DNA from: Paraspadella gotoi
Taxonomy: Eukaryota; Animalia; Chaetognatha
Length of the DNA stretch: 25,182 bases
Reading direction: 5' to 3'
NCBI GenBank assembly: GCA_051294375.1
Contig: JBJCIZ010000003.1
Coordinates: 1 to 25,182, forward strand
In this document: piece by piece, positions 8,706 to 21,000 of the stretch
How the letters are laid out: each line of letters starts with the position of its first letter
Position numbering within the stretch: the stretch's first letter is position 1
Translations under genes and position numbers: made by a program
Notes under the pieces: generated by a model
What the model was told of the DNA's origin: nothing
Database searches by the model: none
The model's input: the letters and a program-made list of their open reading frames with translations, nothing else

Positions 8706-11254
8706 AAAGTCGCCATTGTTTTGTTTGTTGTTAAGTCGCGTGCGCGAAGTAATTCTGACCAGGAAACTAAAAAGGGAAACATTAATTAGAAATAAGCGAG
8801 GGAAGGGCCACGTCAAATGTGACGAGGTCGAAAACTAGAATAACCAAATAAACATTAACGAAAATAAAAAACAAAAAAGAACTTACCTTTAAAAAATATA
8901 CGCACGGTAAATAGGATAACCGAGAGTCAACAAAAGTTTTAAGAGCGAAAATGAAAGTAAACAAATATTGACGAGAGAAAAGATAAAGTCTGATAGGATA
9001 GCTAAGAGAAGTATTAAAATAGGAAAGCATAACTAGCTAGATCGGATTACTTATTAATTTATTTCACCGTATTCGAAAAAACAATTAATTTCGAGGGTCG
9101 AAGCTGCGTTTTAAGGAGTCAGAAACGTCATCCTTGTGATTTATGACGGGATACTGAATTATATATATAATATATATATTTTATTATTTTGAAGTGCAGA
9201 AAACACAATAAAACAGGGAAGGGAGGAGAGAGGTAAAGAGAGGGAGGGAAAGAGAGAGAAAAGAGTGGAGATATACGAGAGAAATGAAGGGATGATTGGA
9301 TTGGCTACTGACGGGTCTTGAACGGACGAGGAGGATGATCGCGTCTGAAGGTTGAGCGATGAAAGCGGCCGAAGAGAGGTGACTAATGTTTCAGTAATGG
9401 AGGCGACGTCGGGGAATTAACAGCTGAGCGATGAAAAGTCGTTCGAATTTGTGATGATTAATTTATGGAAGGACGGAAGAAAATCTGGGGGAAAAGGATC
9501 CGAGAGTTAGAGTTAAGAGAAAAGAGAAACATAAAATATAGCGATTTTGTTATTTGTGTCGTTTTTTTTAATGGAACGGACTGATTTGAATTGAACAACG
9601 ATTTGTTACTAAACTTTTAATCGATGAGCTAAAGAATAATGAACCTTTCACTGATATTATTTTTCGGCAAATTCTCGGCATCGCCGTAGTTTAATGAAAA
9701 ATGACGAAATCTCGAAATTAGTGAGGCGCCTCTGCCCTTCCCCTTCCGCGCCGCAGCGTCCACACTTCCGCATCCGCTGGCCTTTGCGGCTGAACGGGAA
9801 GGCGCGCGTGGCCGAAGTGGGACAGAGACTGTTAAGGCGGGTTCGCGCTTCGTGAATTTCGGGGAGAGCTGAAGGAAGTGCGGGAAAATAAATAGAGAAG
9901 TTTTTTCTAGATTCTTCTTTAGCGGTCTGATATCCCAAACTGTCACATCCCGGGATGATAATGTCTTCTGGGCGTTTCGAGAAAGTAACTTGCCATGCGT
10001 TGTTTGTAAATATCATGTTTTCCCGCAGTTTTCGTCGCAAAGCTTTTCAGAGCGATGAGGTTCTTTAGTTCGTCAGGTTTCAGCGAGCGTTTAATAAGAA
10101 ATAAAGGGCGGGCCTTGCGTGAGACGCGTTGCAAGCCCGTTGGCTGAACGCATCGATCTGCGCATCGGTGAATCGAGTCGAGTGAACAATGATCCGGGCT
10201 CTAAAGTTAACTGAACTGCTGCGTTGCAATAACTCGGGCAAAAAACCTTAGCTTGACACACAAGGCAAAAGGTTTTTTTTCAGGAACTGGTATTAACAAT
10301 GATTTCTTACTTACTCTACCGATTTTTCATGCTGTTGAATAGTTTTACAGGCAAGTACGAAGATACTTTTCAATTGCCCATTCCATACAAAACAGAAAGT
10401 ACAAGAAACTTAAAAAGGGTCATCAGTTCGTTACAGTCAGCCCTGACCCAGGCCCGAGTTCGTCGAGGCAACATCATCAAGACTAGAAGCCTCAATTCCC
10501 TAGATGAAAATCTCCTCCTATTTTATAAGCGAAAGCTTTCCTTCTTCTCTACTCTTCATTCTTTCCTCTATCTTATTTCCATTCTCTTTTTTTCCTCTTT
10601 TTTCTTTTTCGGTCTATCCGCACTCGATAAATACAATACTCTACACTAGACAGAATAATACCAATTGTCAATTTACTAAAACTGTCTTTTCAGCATTTTT
10701 ACATTTTTACTCTTATGAATTTAAATGCAAGTGTAAAATATTTTTTTCTTTTCTTAGCTTTATTATCTTTGCATGATCCGATTCCATTTTGTTCTGATCC
10801 CATCTGCGATGATTCTCTTCCCCTTCCACATTTTTTACTTCTTCTAACTGATACACCAGGAACTGGACTCCTTTTTTCCCTTTTTGTTATCTTTCTCTTC
10901 CATCTCTTTCTCTCCCTTTCTTCTAATATCTCCTGTTTAGTACTCTCCCAATTCTTTTTCTTTCTTTTCTTTCCTCTTTGCTCTTAGCTTCTACCCTGTT
11001 TTTCTCTTCTGAATTCTTCGAGACCTTCACGCCCATACTTTTTACTCTCTCGTCTCATTTTATTCATTTATGCAAATGCAGATTTTAATTATTTTTTCGC
11101 ACCGCCTTGGAAGTTTTTTTTCCTAAGTATTTTTGTTAATACATTTTTCGAACTGATTTCTGTTCGTTTTTTTTTTTTTGTCTTTTTTTCTTTTTTTCTT
11201 TCTTCTTTTCTTTTTCTTTTTTTTTTTGAAACAATCTACTCGCGTCTCTGACGC

Positions 11255-11319
11255 AGACGACGGCGACGACGGCGACGGACGGCGACGACGACGGACGACG
11301 ACGACGACGACGACGACGA
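11255..11319. repeat. (GAC)n microsatellite, imperfect
   Basis: Direct read; similar tracts at 11590-11626, 12432-12463 and, as (GTC)n, 14639-14664. Confidence 0.9.
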
Positions 11320-11422
11320 TCGAAAGTGGGGATTTTAAATGGGTTTTACGCCGATTTTGTTTGGCAAGAATCCCTTTCCCACCTACTTTTTCCCCGCCAT
11401 TCGACTCGGAGTATTGAGGACG

Positions 11423-11540
11423 GAAAGAGAAAAGAAGAGAGAGAAAGAGAGAAGAGAGAGAGAGGCAGGAGAGAGAGAGAGAGAGAGACCTCGAGATATG
11501 ACGGAGAAGAGCACGAGAGAGGAGAGAGAGAGAGAGAGAG
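11423..11540. repeat. (GA)n microsatellite, imperfect
   Basis: Direct read. Confidence 0.9.
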
Positions 11541-12029
11541 TGAACAGGGACTAAAATGTATTAAGTCGAGGGGTGACGACCCGGACGCGATGACGACGAC
11601 GCAGGATGGAGACGACGACGACGACAAACTGACAACCCTTGTCTCTTTTCTTGTCAACAGCACCCAACGGGTTTCCGGTTTCCGTGTTTTTTTTTTCCTG
11701 TCTTCGGAATTTCCTTTCTCTCTTCCCCACGGGCTTCTCTCTCGCTTCTCTATCTTCCTCTTCCTTCCCTTTAACTAAATTTTCACCTTTATTATTTTCG
11801 TGTCAACATTTAACCCTTTAAACCTTTCCTCGCCGGGCTGAGTCAAGATTCTTACACTCCCTTCGTCACCATTTTCCTATCGGTTTAACTAATTTCTTCC
11901 TCCCTTTCCTCCTTTTCCTCCCTTTTCTCCCCCGAATAACAATCGGCGCCTGCTTTTCACTACATCCCTTACCCCCTCTCCCCATTCAGTCAGTCAACCG
12001 CCTTAAGTACGACTTTTCACTCTCAATCA

Positions 12030-12042
12030 TCTCTCTCTGCCT

Positions 12043-12082
<40 letters not shown>

Positions 12083-12083
12083 A

Positions 12084-12158
<75 letters not shown>

Positions 12159-12174
12159 TCTCTCTCTCTCTCTC
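12030..12174. repeat. (CT)n microsatellite
   Basis: Direct read; a shorter (CT)n tract lies at ~12345-12366. Confidence 0.95.
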
Positions 12175-12599
12175 TATTAGTAGATACACCTTTTTTGGCT
12201 GTAATGAAAAAAAAAGGAAAAAAAGAAAGTTACTTCTGTATTAGAAAACGGATATCAATGAATGAACGGACCCACGTTACCTTATAGAGTCTTCTTGCAG
12301 AGGGTACCTAGGTTACATTTACAATCCGCATCTACTATCTATCTATCTCTCTCTCTCTCTCTCTCCCGCAATAGCGAAGCAGATTTTTTGACGGATTGTT
12401 GAAGTTTTTTTTTCCATAGGCAGCAGAGAGAGACGGCGACGACGACGACCGACGACGGACGACAGTGACGTGACAAAAGACGATAACTAGGGTGAAGGGA
12501 AGAAAGGATACAATGGAAAATGTCGAGCATGAATACGATAAAGTATTGGTGATGTGAATGCGGGGAAAGTTTGTGTTTGGATAACCATAGACTTAAGAA

Positions 12600-12692
12600 G
12601 GAAGAAAGGAGAGAGACAGAGAGAGAGAGAGAAGAGAGGAGAAGAGAGGAGGAGAGAGAGGAAAGAGAGAGGAGAGAGAGAGAGAGGGAGAG
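12600..12692. repeat. (GA)n / purine-rich microsatellite
   Basis: Direct read. Confidence 0.9.
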
Positions 12693-12742
12693 CCAATTGT
12701 TCCTTTCAAGTTTTTTCCTGCTTTAAATTTTCGTTTTTTTAG

Positions 12743-12950
12743 GTTTTTGACGCCCGACTTTCGAGGTAGGTTCGAGAGCCTTTCCCTTTCCGTCTTTCCT
12801 CCATTCCTTTACCTCGTTTAAAGCTGAGGTTCTTGACGTGGCTGTGTTTTACGCCAGAGAGATCAGAGATGGCGTTCACCTCAAAATTGAAAAACTATGA
12901 CCCGATGTCGACTTCATTTCTCAAGTTTTGACAAGCGGAGCTTCCCTGGC
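12743..12950 (+). CDS. Candidate host-gene exons 12743-12765 and 12824-12950 separated by a 58-nt intron; product unknown
   Basis: ttttttag| acceptor, |gtaggt donor, pyrimidine-rich intron ending tttaaag|, and |gtgagt donor. The spliced frame reads FLTPDFRAEVLDVAVFYAREIRDGVHLKIEKL*PDVDFISQVLTSGASL, with one TGA (12898-12900) between two homopolymer runs. Confidence 0.45.
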
Positions 12951-13454
12951 GTGAGTATTTCCACTTGCTCGGTTTCTGTCCCATCTCATTATTCTCTTGT
13001 ACGTCACGAATTCACGAACCACACTAAAGACTTTATAATCCAAGTGGATGAGCTTAAATGACCGTAATAAATTCATCAATGATATAGACGTACGATTTAA
13101 AATATACAGGTTATTTTTATTTCACAGATTGTAAACGTATAAAAAATGCAAAAATCAATAATAAAAATCTTTTTCGTGTGACATAAAAATAATCAGTTTC
13201 ATCTTGTTTTTCGTTTCATTATTCAAGGTTTTGTCTAACTCATTCTTCAAGCTTGTCAAGGGGCGAAAAAAAGGAGCGGAAAAAAAGAAAAAAACATTTT
13301 TAAAAAACCTTTTTTTTTCCCTCCAGTTTTTTCACCCGATTCTCATAAAAAAAAAGATTATCTTGCGAGATAACGTGGCCGTTTCAAAATCTTAAAATAT
13401 AGAGAAATGTCCCAACATGTCATGACTTAATAATATTTTATTTCTTCGCCTCAG

Positions 13455-13502
13455 TGAAAAAGACCCTTGAACCACTACATAGTAAAAGATGAATGCAGAG
13501 GC
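13455..13502 (+). CDS. Candidate short exon of the same host gene
   Basis: tatttcttcgcctcag| acceptor and |gtaagt donor. Reads ..LNHYIVKDECRG, but needs one indel to stay in frame with the previous exon. Confidence 0.3.
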
Positions 13503-16500
13503 GTAAGTTCGACAAAGCCATGATGGCGACGGTGCCAAGGCGACGTTTTTACCGCGCGACTTGTTTTTTACGATTTTTTTACGGTTTTTTTCACGTTTTT
13601 TACGGTTTTATTTTTCGATAAAAGTTCGATCTCGACAAAGACTTTGCTTTGGCGCTAAACTAAAAATAAAATTAAAAGTGAAAAAAAAAAAAAGAGTTAA
13701 CGCTCCTAGATTTATCCGACATAAAAATCTTAAGGGTGAGAGGAAGGAAGCTCGCGTTTCTCAAGGTAAAGAAAAAGGGGTGAAGACTTTAAAATATGAT
13801 TGATACAAAAAAAGAAAAAAAGACGGTAATGAATACGAATAGAGAAAAAAGGACGCATAAGAGAAAACGAGAAAGCAGATTCATAAAAAAAATGAGAAAT
13901 GCATTAAAGGATGCAAAAAAAAATAATGCATTCAAAATTGAAAGACCAGGGTTGTAATCAATATCCTTATAAGGAGGACATTAACTGTACTCTAGGAGCC
14001 GAGTCTAAAAATAAAATGAGCCGAAGCGGGCACAAAAATTAGTAAACAAAAACGAAAGAAAGAAAACGCTATTTTTTGGAAAAAAGAAGGAAAAAGAAAA
14101 TAAAAAAAGAAGAAAACGAAAAGAAAGCGAAAAAATGAAAGGGAAAAGAAGTCGAGGAAGCGCAGTGAGAAAAAAAAGGGTCGAGACAAGAAAGGAATGA
14201 ATAAGAAAGGAAAAAAAACTCCTGTATTCTTCAGAGCGAAAGGAAACGATAGAAAAATGCAAAACAGAACATGAGTTTTTTCCCCCAACGTAACGCAGGC
14301 GCGACTCTGCGTCATCCGTGAAAAAATCCTAATTTATATAATCATAAATAATAAACAGTAAAACAAAGAACTTTTTTTTTCATTTCGTTGCCAGTTACTT
14401 ATATGGTCTGTTTGAACAAAAATAAATTGAGAAAAAAAGATAGCCTCTTAACCTTTTACTAGAAAGAAATGTAAATAACCGGAAGCTTAGATAATTTTAA
14501 CTCTCCTCCTCTCTTCCTTTCTCTTTCTCTCCTCACACTTCGGAAGAGAAATGGCCGACTTTTACCAAATGAACCCGTGGTAACTTTTTCCTTCGAGAAC
14601 CCGCGCTTTGAAGACGTCGGTCGGCGCTTCGTTGCTGTTCGTCGTCGTCGTTCGTCGTCGGTCGCTTACAAAACCTCCGTGAGACCAAAAAAAGATTCAA
14701 AAGGTCTGTTTTAATTTTCGCGCCTTTCGTGGAACAAAAGAATTGGAAAGAAAAGGAACTTTATAAAAAAAAAGAAAGAAATCCATAAAAGCATGCCTTC
14801 AATTAAATATTAAAAGGTTAATCCGAAAGAGTGGAACCGGAAATAAAAAGAAAGGAAAGAAGAAAGTGGTGCGAATAATTCTTTAGAAAAGAAAGAAAAA
14901 CAAAAAAGGAAGAAAAAAATCTCGTCTACAGTTTAAACTTTAAGAAAAGAAAACTTATTAAATAAATTAATGCATGGATGTTGTTGAGGGGAAGACAGCG
15001 ATACAATAGTAAATACAGAAGTAGCAATACGATAGAAATACTTATCTAAGATCCTTAAAAAAAGATCACACTTAACCAAAGAACATTCTCAAAATCCGAA
15101 ATGGCTAAAAAAACGTCGGTCTGGGAATAAACGACGGGAAAAACATCCTGACAACCACGGTAAAACCAGACCATAAAAAGACATTTTCGCAGTGAAAGAA
15201 AGTAACTCGCGCCTCTGGCACCTTCGCTTATTTGCCTCAATTTTCTGCTCCTTTTCCTCCTTCGGATTAGCCTTTCTCTCTCTTTTCTTCTCTCCATTTT
15301 CTTGCTCCTTTTCTCTTCCTAGTAAACTTAGTGTATTGAACTAAGTTTCGTAGAGGTGGCTGTCTTTGACAACTAACTGTCTGAGCTGCTCGACTGCCCC
15401 AGCTATCAAAACGAGAATTCGAGTTTAAGATGGCGCGGACGAGACGGATGGCGGCCCTGGTTCTGACGCTCAAGATTTGAGGTATCTGACGACAAAAGTC
15501 GAAGCCCAGCACTCTATCTGAAGTTGATGAGATGAAGGTTAGGAAGTCCTGGCAAGGAATAACAAAACATTTAATACACCTCAGCAAATATATATATTTA
15601 GACGAGAATCTCGCTTAAAAAAATTCAACATTTTTTCTAATAGAGAAATTTCCCGTTCAAAATCTGAGCTACCCCAATTGCAAAGCTGTTATGCCAGAAA
15701 ATTCGGTTAAAAAACACTTGTAAAAAACGCATGATTCCGAGAGCGTTACATCTGAAGAGCTTGTCCTATGCATTTTTTGCATTTGATAAAGGATTTAATA
15801 TCAAACAAGCAGGGAAAATGACACTATCATCTCGGGAAAATTTTCAAACCTCATTTTTACTATAGAAATGAAAGGGAAAGTTTTACAAACTTTAAAATTA
15901 GCAAACGGGATTGCTATATGTTCCTGTACATGAGCGACTTCGAATTTCGCGATTTTTGATAGCTTTGTGTCTGAAGAGCTTGTCTATTTTTTTTTTCATT
16001 ATAATATTGTTGACATAAAATGATCAGGTTTAAATAAATTAGTCCGGTTATTGAATCGCGAAATTTTTAATTAAAAAGAAATTAAAAGGAAGGTTGAGAA
16101 AAAACTGATTTTTCAATATCTTTTGAAGAAATAAGGATAAAGGATGTATATGTACCAAATGAAGCCATAATCTAGGCACATACAAGATACATTTAAAAAT
16201 TACTTATGCTGAAACTCCTTACAGTGGTGAGTGTCAAACTAAGTCAAATTATAATATTTTAAAACTAATGAACCCATAAGAATATGAAAATTTAATTCTT
16301 TTTAATTGATTCTGAAAGAAAAAGGCTAAATTGTCTCTAGGTAAAACTTTTTAAAGTTTTTTGGATAAGAAAATGTGAATTTTTTGTCACTTAAATATTT
16401 GCTTGTCTGATTTTACAACATGCCCCTTACAAAATTATACAAAATATTATTCACCCCATCACAGCCTAAGGTATTTATCTTTCTTTTCCACCAGCAAAAA

Positions 16501-17690
16501 GTTAAACATTATTTTATGCTAGAGAACAGGGATGTTACTGAAATGAGCCGGAAGACATTCAACTTCTTTCACTATTACTGTCATTTTTCAAATAATAAAA
16601 TAGGGAATTTTTTAATTTAATTTTAACCTCACAGCTTCACAAGACAATTACTCTCATAAATCCCAATGTTAATGTTAATTTATTATATTTTTACCAGGGA
16701 ATCCTAAAATAACAGAAAGTTGTGGATCCTTCGCTCGTTTAAGAAAAAAAAATTAACTAGCGGAATTATAAGTTTTGTAAGAGGGAAGTCAGAATCGGCG
16801 AAATCTTAAAAGGCGGAGAATTGTTGAAAAAAAGGTGGGAACATTTGATGGGTTTCCTCAGATTTCTCACAATGTGAGGTCCGATTTAAAGCGAAACTTA
16901 AAGATTTACAATTATTTTCCCGTGCATTCACATCTACGATGTAAAAATTATAGAAAAAAGTCACTCTTCTTTTTCTATAGCGGCCTTCCTATATATATAA
17001 AGTTTAAAGAATCCATCTTACTTGTTTATGAAGCCAAATTTTGTTAGCAATGGTTGCCTCATCACAAGGAAAATCAGCGATCACTAGTTTTCTTTTATAA
17101 AAAAAAAAAGTTTCCGAGATTATCTCAATAGCGAATTATCTTTAAAAAAGTATTGAAAACGCATTGCAATACTGCAACTAAAGATCTGAGAGTTACACGT
17201 CGATAGAAATCAAGGCTGAAATCTATCGAAATTCGCGGAACAATCAGAATCGGCCATTGCGTTGCCTCTCAGGAGAACTGTATTAAGTATATATACTATA
17301 ATACAAAATCGAAACTAGACGATGTCGCTGTGATCGCGTGAGAAGAACGCAGTTTCCTTGCGTTAGTAAGAGAGAAATAAAAAGAGCTCGGGAGAAAGTT
17401 AGCAGGAAGCTTTGGATTTCCTCGAGATATATTGATTTATTCATTTTCCGTAAACACTTAGGTTTTCTACCTTAGTTTTGCTTCTCTTCTTTCCTCTTGT
17501 CGTTCTTTCTTTTTACTTTCTTTGTCTTTATCTTTTTGTCTTTCCTCTCTTAACTTTTTCTTTCTCTTTCTCTGGCCATCAATAGTAAGTAAATAACCAG
17601 TGGCTGCGCCAATTCATGTAAATCGCTTTCAAGGGCTTAAATTGAACTGTTTACTGCTGGAATTATATTTTTTAATAATATTTTTTTTTT

Positions 17691-18017
17691 AACTTTTATC
17701 ATTTTTTTAATTGTATCCCTTTTTAAATTTGCATCATTTTCATGTAACTGTATCATTTTTCAATTTGCATCATTCATTTTTAATTTCATCGTTCTTTTCC
17801 CTTTGCAATTTTTTTTAACTTACATCATGTTTTTAACTGTATCATTTTTTAACTTGCATTATTTTTTTAACTTGCCATTATTTTTTTTTAACTAGCATCA
17901 TTCTTTCAACTGTCATCATCTTTTTAACTTGAATCATTTTTCAACTTGTATATTTTTTTCAACTTGCATCATTTTTTGAATTTTGCCTGATTTTTTTTAA
18001 CTTGCATCATTTTTTTC
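17691..18017. repeat. AT-rich minisatellite, ~18-20-bp unit (TTTTTTAACTTGCATCAT)
   Basis: Roughly 15-17 degenerate tandem copies of aacttgcatcat plus a T-run. Confidence 0.88.
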
Positions 18018-21000
18018 AAAATATATGGGCTAAAGAAAAAAAAGGATATAAACATTTAATTATATAGAAATGATGTTTAAAGAATGATTTGTTTTAGGAA
18101 AAATTTAAATTATTTAAAATTTAAACAAAATTGCTATTTTGTGTAAAAGCAGATCAAAGGAAAGATTCTAGCAGGTGCAGATTCAAATTTATTATGCATG
18201 TTCCTTTGTTCTTTAAAAAAGAATGAGAATCTGAGAGTAATTTCTAAACCTTTAATCAAAAGGCATATCTTGTCCTACTGTTTGGAGCCCTTTAGTAAAT
18301 AAAGCTTTTAAAACATATAAAAAACTAATTTGAATATTTTTTGTTTCACAAAAAAGAACAGGACCTGTGGAGAAGTGTTATTTTGTCCTTAAAAAAATTC
18401 TCTGGAAAACTATGTTTTGAAAAATTTTGCAAATGTTGCTATTTTGTGTAAAAGCAATTGCAAGTGAAGAATAGGTAGGGGCAGACAAAAGAGTAAATCT
18501 CTATAGAGATCAACTGAATCTGAACCCAACAAAATGCTGTTAGTAAGAAAGAATGAAAAGGAGAGTGAGAGGATGGAAAAAATGACGGGACAAAAAGAAA
18601 ATGACCGAAATTTCAAGGGTAAAATTTACAACAAAAATAAAAAACTTCAAAAATTTCACTTTAATTTTTAATTTAATTTTTTCATATTTGGCCCTTTTTT
18701 TTCCTTTTTTTTTCGTCTGTCATTTTTTTTTGCCTCAAATTGTTATTTTTCCATCCCATTTTTAAAAAAATTTTGTCGGATCTGCTTATCAGCAGATTCC
18801 GACTCAATAATCCACTTTGTCGGTTCTGTCGGTCCCGATTTAAGGTTTAATCAAAATCCTGAAGTATTTAGTGATGTTACAATCACAACTATTCAGAAAA
18901 TTTTCTGAAGTATAATATTTAATTATTCTTCAAGTAATTTTTAACAAAACTATTACAAATCTGATGATTGTCAAATATCCTAAAATGTATATCTTTTTAC
19001 ACTATTACAATAGCAGGTAATATCAATGTAGGCAATAGAAAATATTTAAACAAGATAATTTTTTGAAAAATTTGGTAAAATTTCAACAGTTAAATTGAGG
19101 AGAGGAAAAGAACAGTTTAGTGACTCAAAAGATAAAGACGAACGGTTTTGAAGACGACGTCGTCCCACAACACACAAACAGTTTTTAAAAGTATAGGGCA
19201 GTTGAATTGTGGAAAATGAAATTAAGAGAGAGTGAAATCTAATGACAAGGAAGGTAGTCGCTTCAATAAAGTGTTTTATCTAAAACTATTCATATTCTAT
19301 TTTCTTTAATATCTTACTATATTTTCTTCTTTATATTCATACAAATATAGCAGCAAGATCAATGTAAGGGGAAAATCAAGAATATTTAAGCTGATAAATT
19401 TGGAAAAAATCTGTAACATTCCTTTATGGACCCAAATGTAAGCTAAATATTCTGTTGGAATCGATAATAAACATCTGATTTTGAACAATATTTAAAGGAT
19501 GGAAAAACCAAATTTGAGAGTATTAGAAACAGGCAATTATAAATTTCTTGCTAAGAAGTAAATAATTTCTTCAGGTATGCTGCGGATACAATTTTTTGTG
19601 TTTTCACCTCTCTTTCGTTTGTTTTTATTAATAATCTAAAAAAACAAAGAATCAAAGAGAAAAGAGAAAACTACAAATTTAGAAAAAAAATTTTGACAAA
19701 TTTTCTTTGTTGTCCTTTTACTTTTAATAGCAAGAGTGAATTTAAAAAAAGGTGAAGATGAAAGAGAGAAGAAGAAAAAAAAGTTTTCATGATTTGCGTA
19801 GTAAAAATAAAACTTAAAACCTATTAACAAATATATCTTCCAAAGTAAATGCTGCGACTCGTCCTTGATACGATCCATTGTAGCAAGCTCCTAAAAATTT
19901 CTGCTATATTGTCACCTCCGATACGAATGTGACATTAAGTATTTGAGAGAATACTATTAAAGGGAGAGATAAGAAAAAATGCCAGAAGAGATGATCAACA
20001 AACAATGCAAGATTTGACTTTAGGATGAGATAAAATTTTTCTTTATGGGAGTAGAATTAAAAAATATTTTGGCCAGGGGAGAAAACTTGCCAATAACAAA
20101 TTATGTGACTTATTGTATTTGTTTCTTTTTGGCTGCCAAAGGTCTTGCTGTTTTGTCTGAATGTTTGTTCTCATAAGTTATTAGCATTAACGACCCAAAA
20201 AAATTAAAAAGGGACTCGAAAGCTATAAGAAAATTTTATAACATTTATTAAGACCTAATAAATATAATATATCAATTTAGGCAAAAAATCAATTTCAATT
20301 TGATAATAAGAAAATAATTTTCTTTTTAAAAATAATAATGTGTCATTGCCGAGAAATAGCTCAAAAGTATTCTCGTAATAACTGCTCATTAATTGAAGAC
20401 CTTGAGTTCAATAACATATTGGTAGTGGTTGCTTATTGCATTCATTAATTCCCTTTTGTTCATAAATTAACTTTATATTTACAATTTTTGCTCATGATCT
20501 TATAATATTGTAGTTTTAGTCTACATGTGATCGCCACTGAATGTGTGCGTTAGTTGCAAACATATTGCTTAAAAATTTACAAAATATGATTTCTGCTTAT
20601 AGAATTGTGAGTTGGCGAAATTAGACTCAGCAGAAAAAGAGAAAAAAAATTAAAGAATATTAATATAATTCTTTGGGCAGAATTTTCAGTTACTTGAAAA
20701 TGATTGGATTTTTAAAAAAGGCGTAACATTTTCTTTAAAGATTTTTATGAAGAAGCAAGTTCTGAAAAGCGTGAACACCGCGCAAAATTAAAAAAGGAGC
20801 AAAATAAAACAAAAATGAATGATATATTGAGTCGTGAAGGAACATATGAAATTAAAGGCCTAATCCAAAGCCCATGCTACTTTGAACACATCCAAAAACA
20901 GTGCTTGCTGTTATGATAAATGGATTATTTGTTGGAAATCAGAATCTTAGAATGCGAAGTTTAAAACAATTCCAAATTCAAAGAAGTTGATTGACATTGG

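Noticed and set aside
4642-8816. Antisense and alternate-frame ORFs over the BEL/Pao genes
   Set aside because: Shadow ORFs of the coding strand with no independent motifs.
9900-10140. Minus-strand protein-like frames (RKARPLFLIKRSLKPDELKNLIALK)
   Set aside because: Only a vague resemblance to LINE ORF2 tails; no diagnostic motif.
10299-15297. F/L/S-rich and E/R-rich short ORFs
   Set aside because: Translations of microsatellite and poly-purine/pyrimidine low-complexity DNA.
17691-18017. Regular repeats as a possible CRISPR array
   Set aside because: The units are contiguous and degenerate with no unique spacers, there are no cas genes, and the DNA is eukaryotic.
19810-19890. Possible minus-strand exon GACYNGSYQGRVAAFTLEDIFVN
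   Set aside because: The acceptor is plausible but the donor is weak, and no partner exon or family was recognised.
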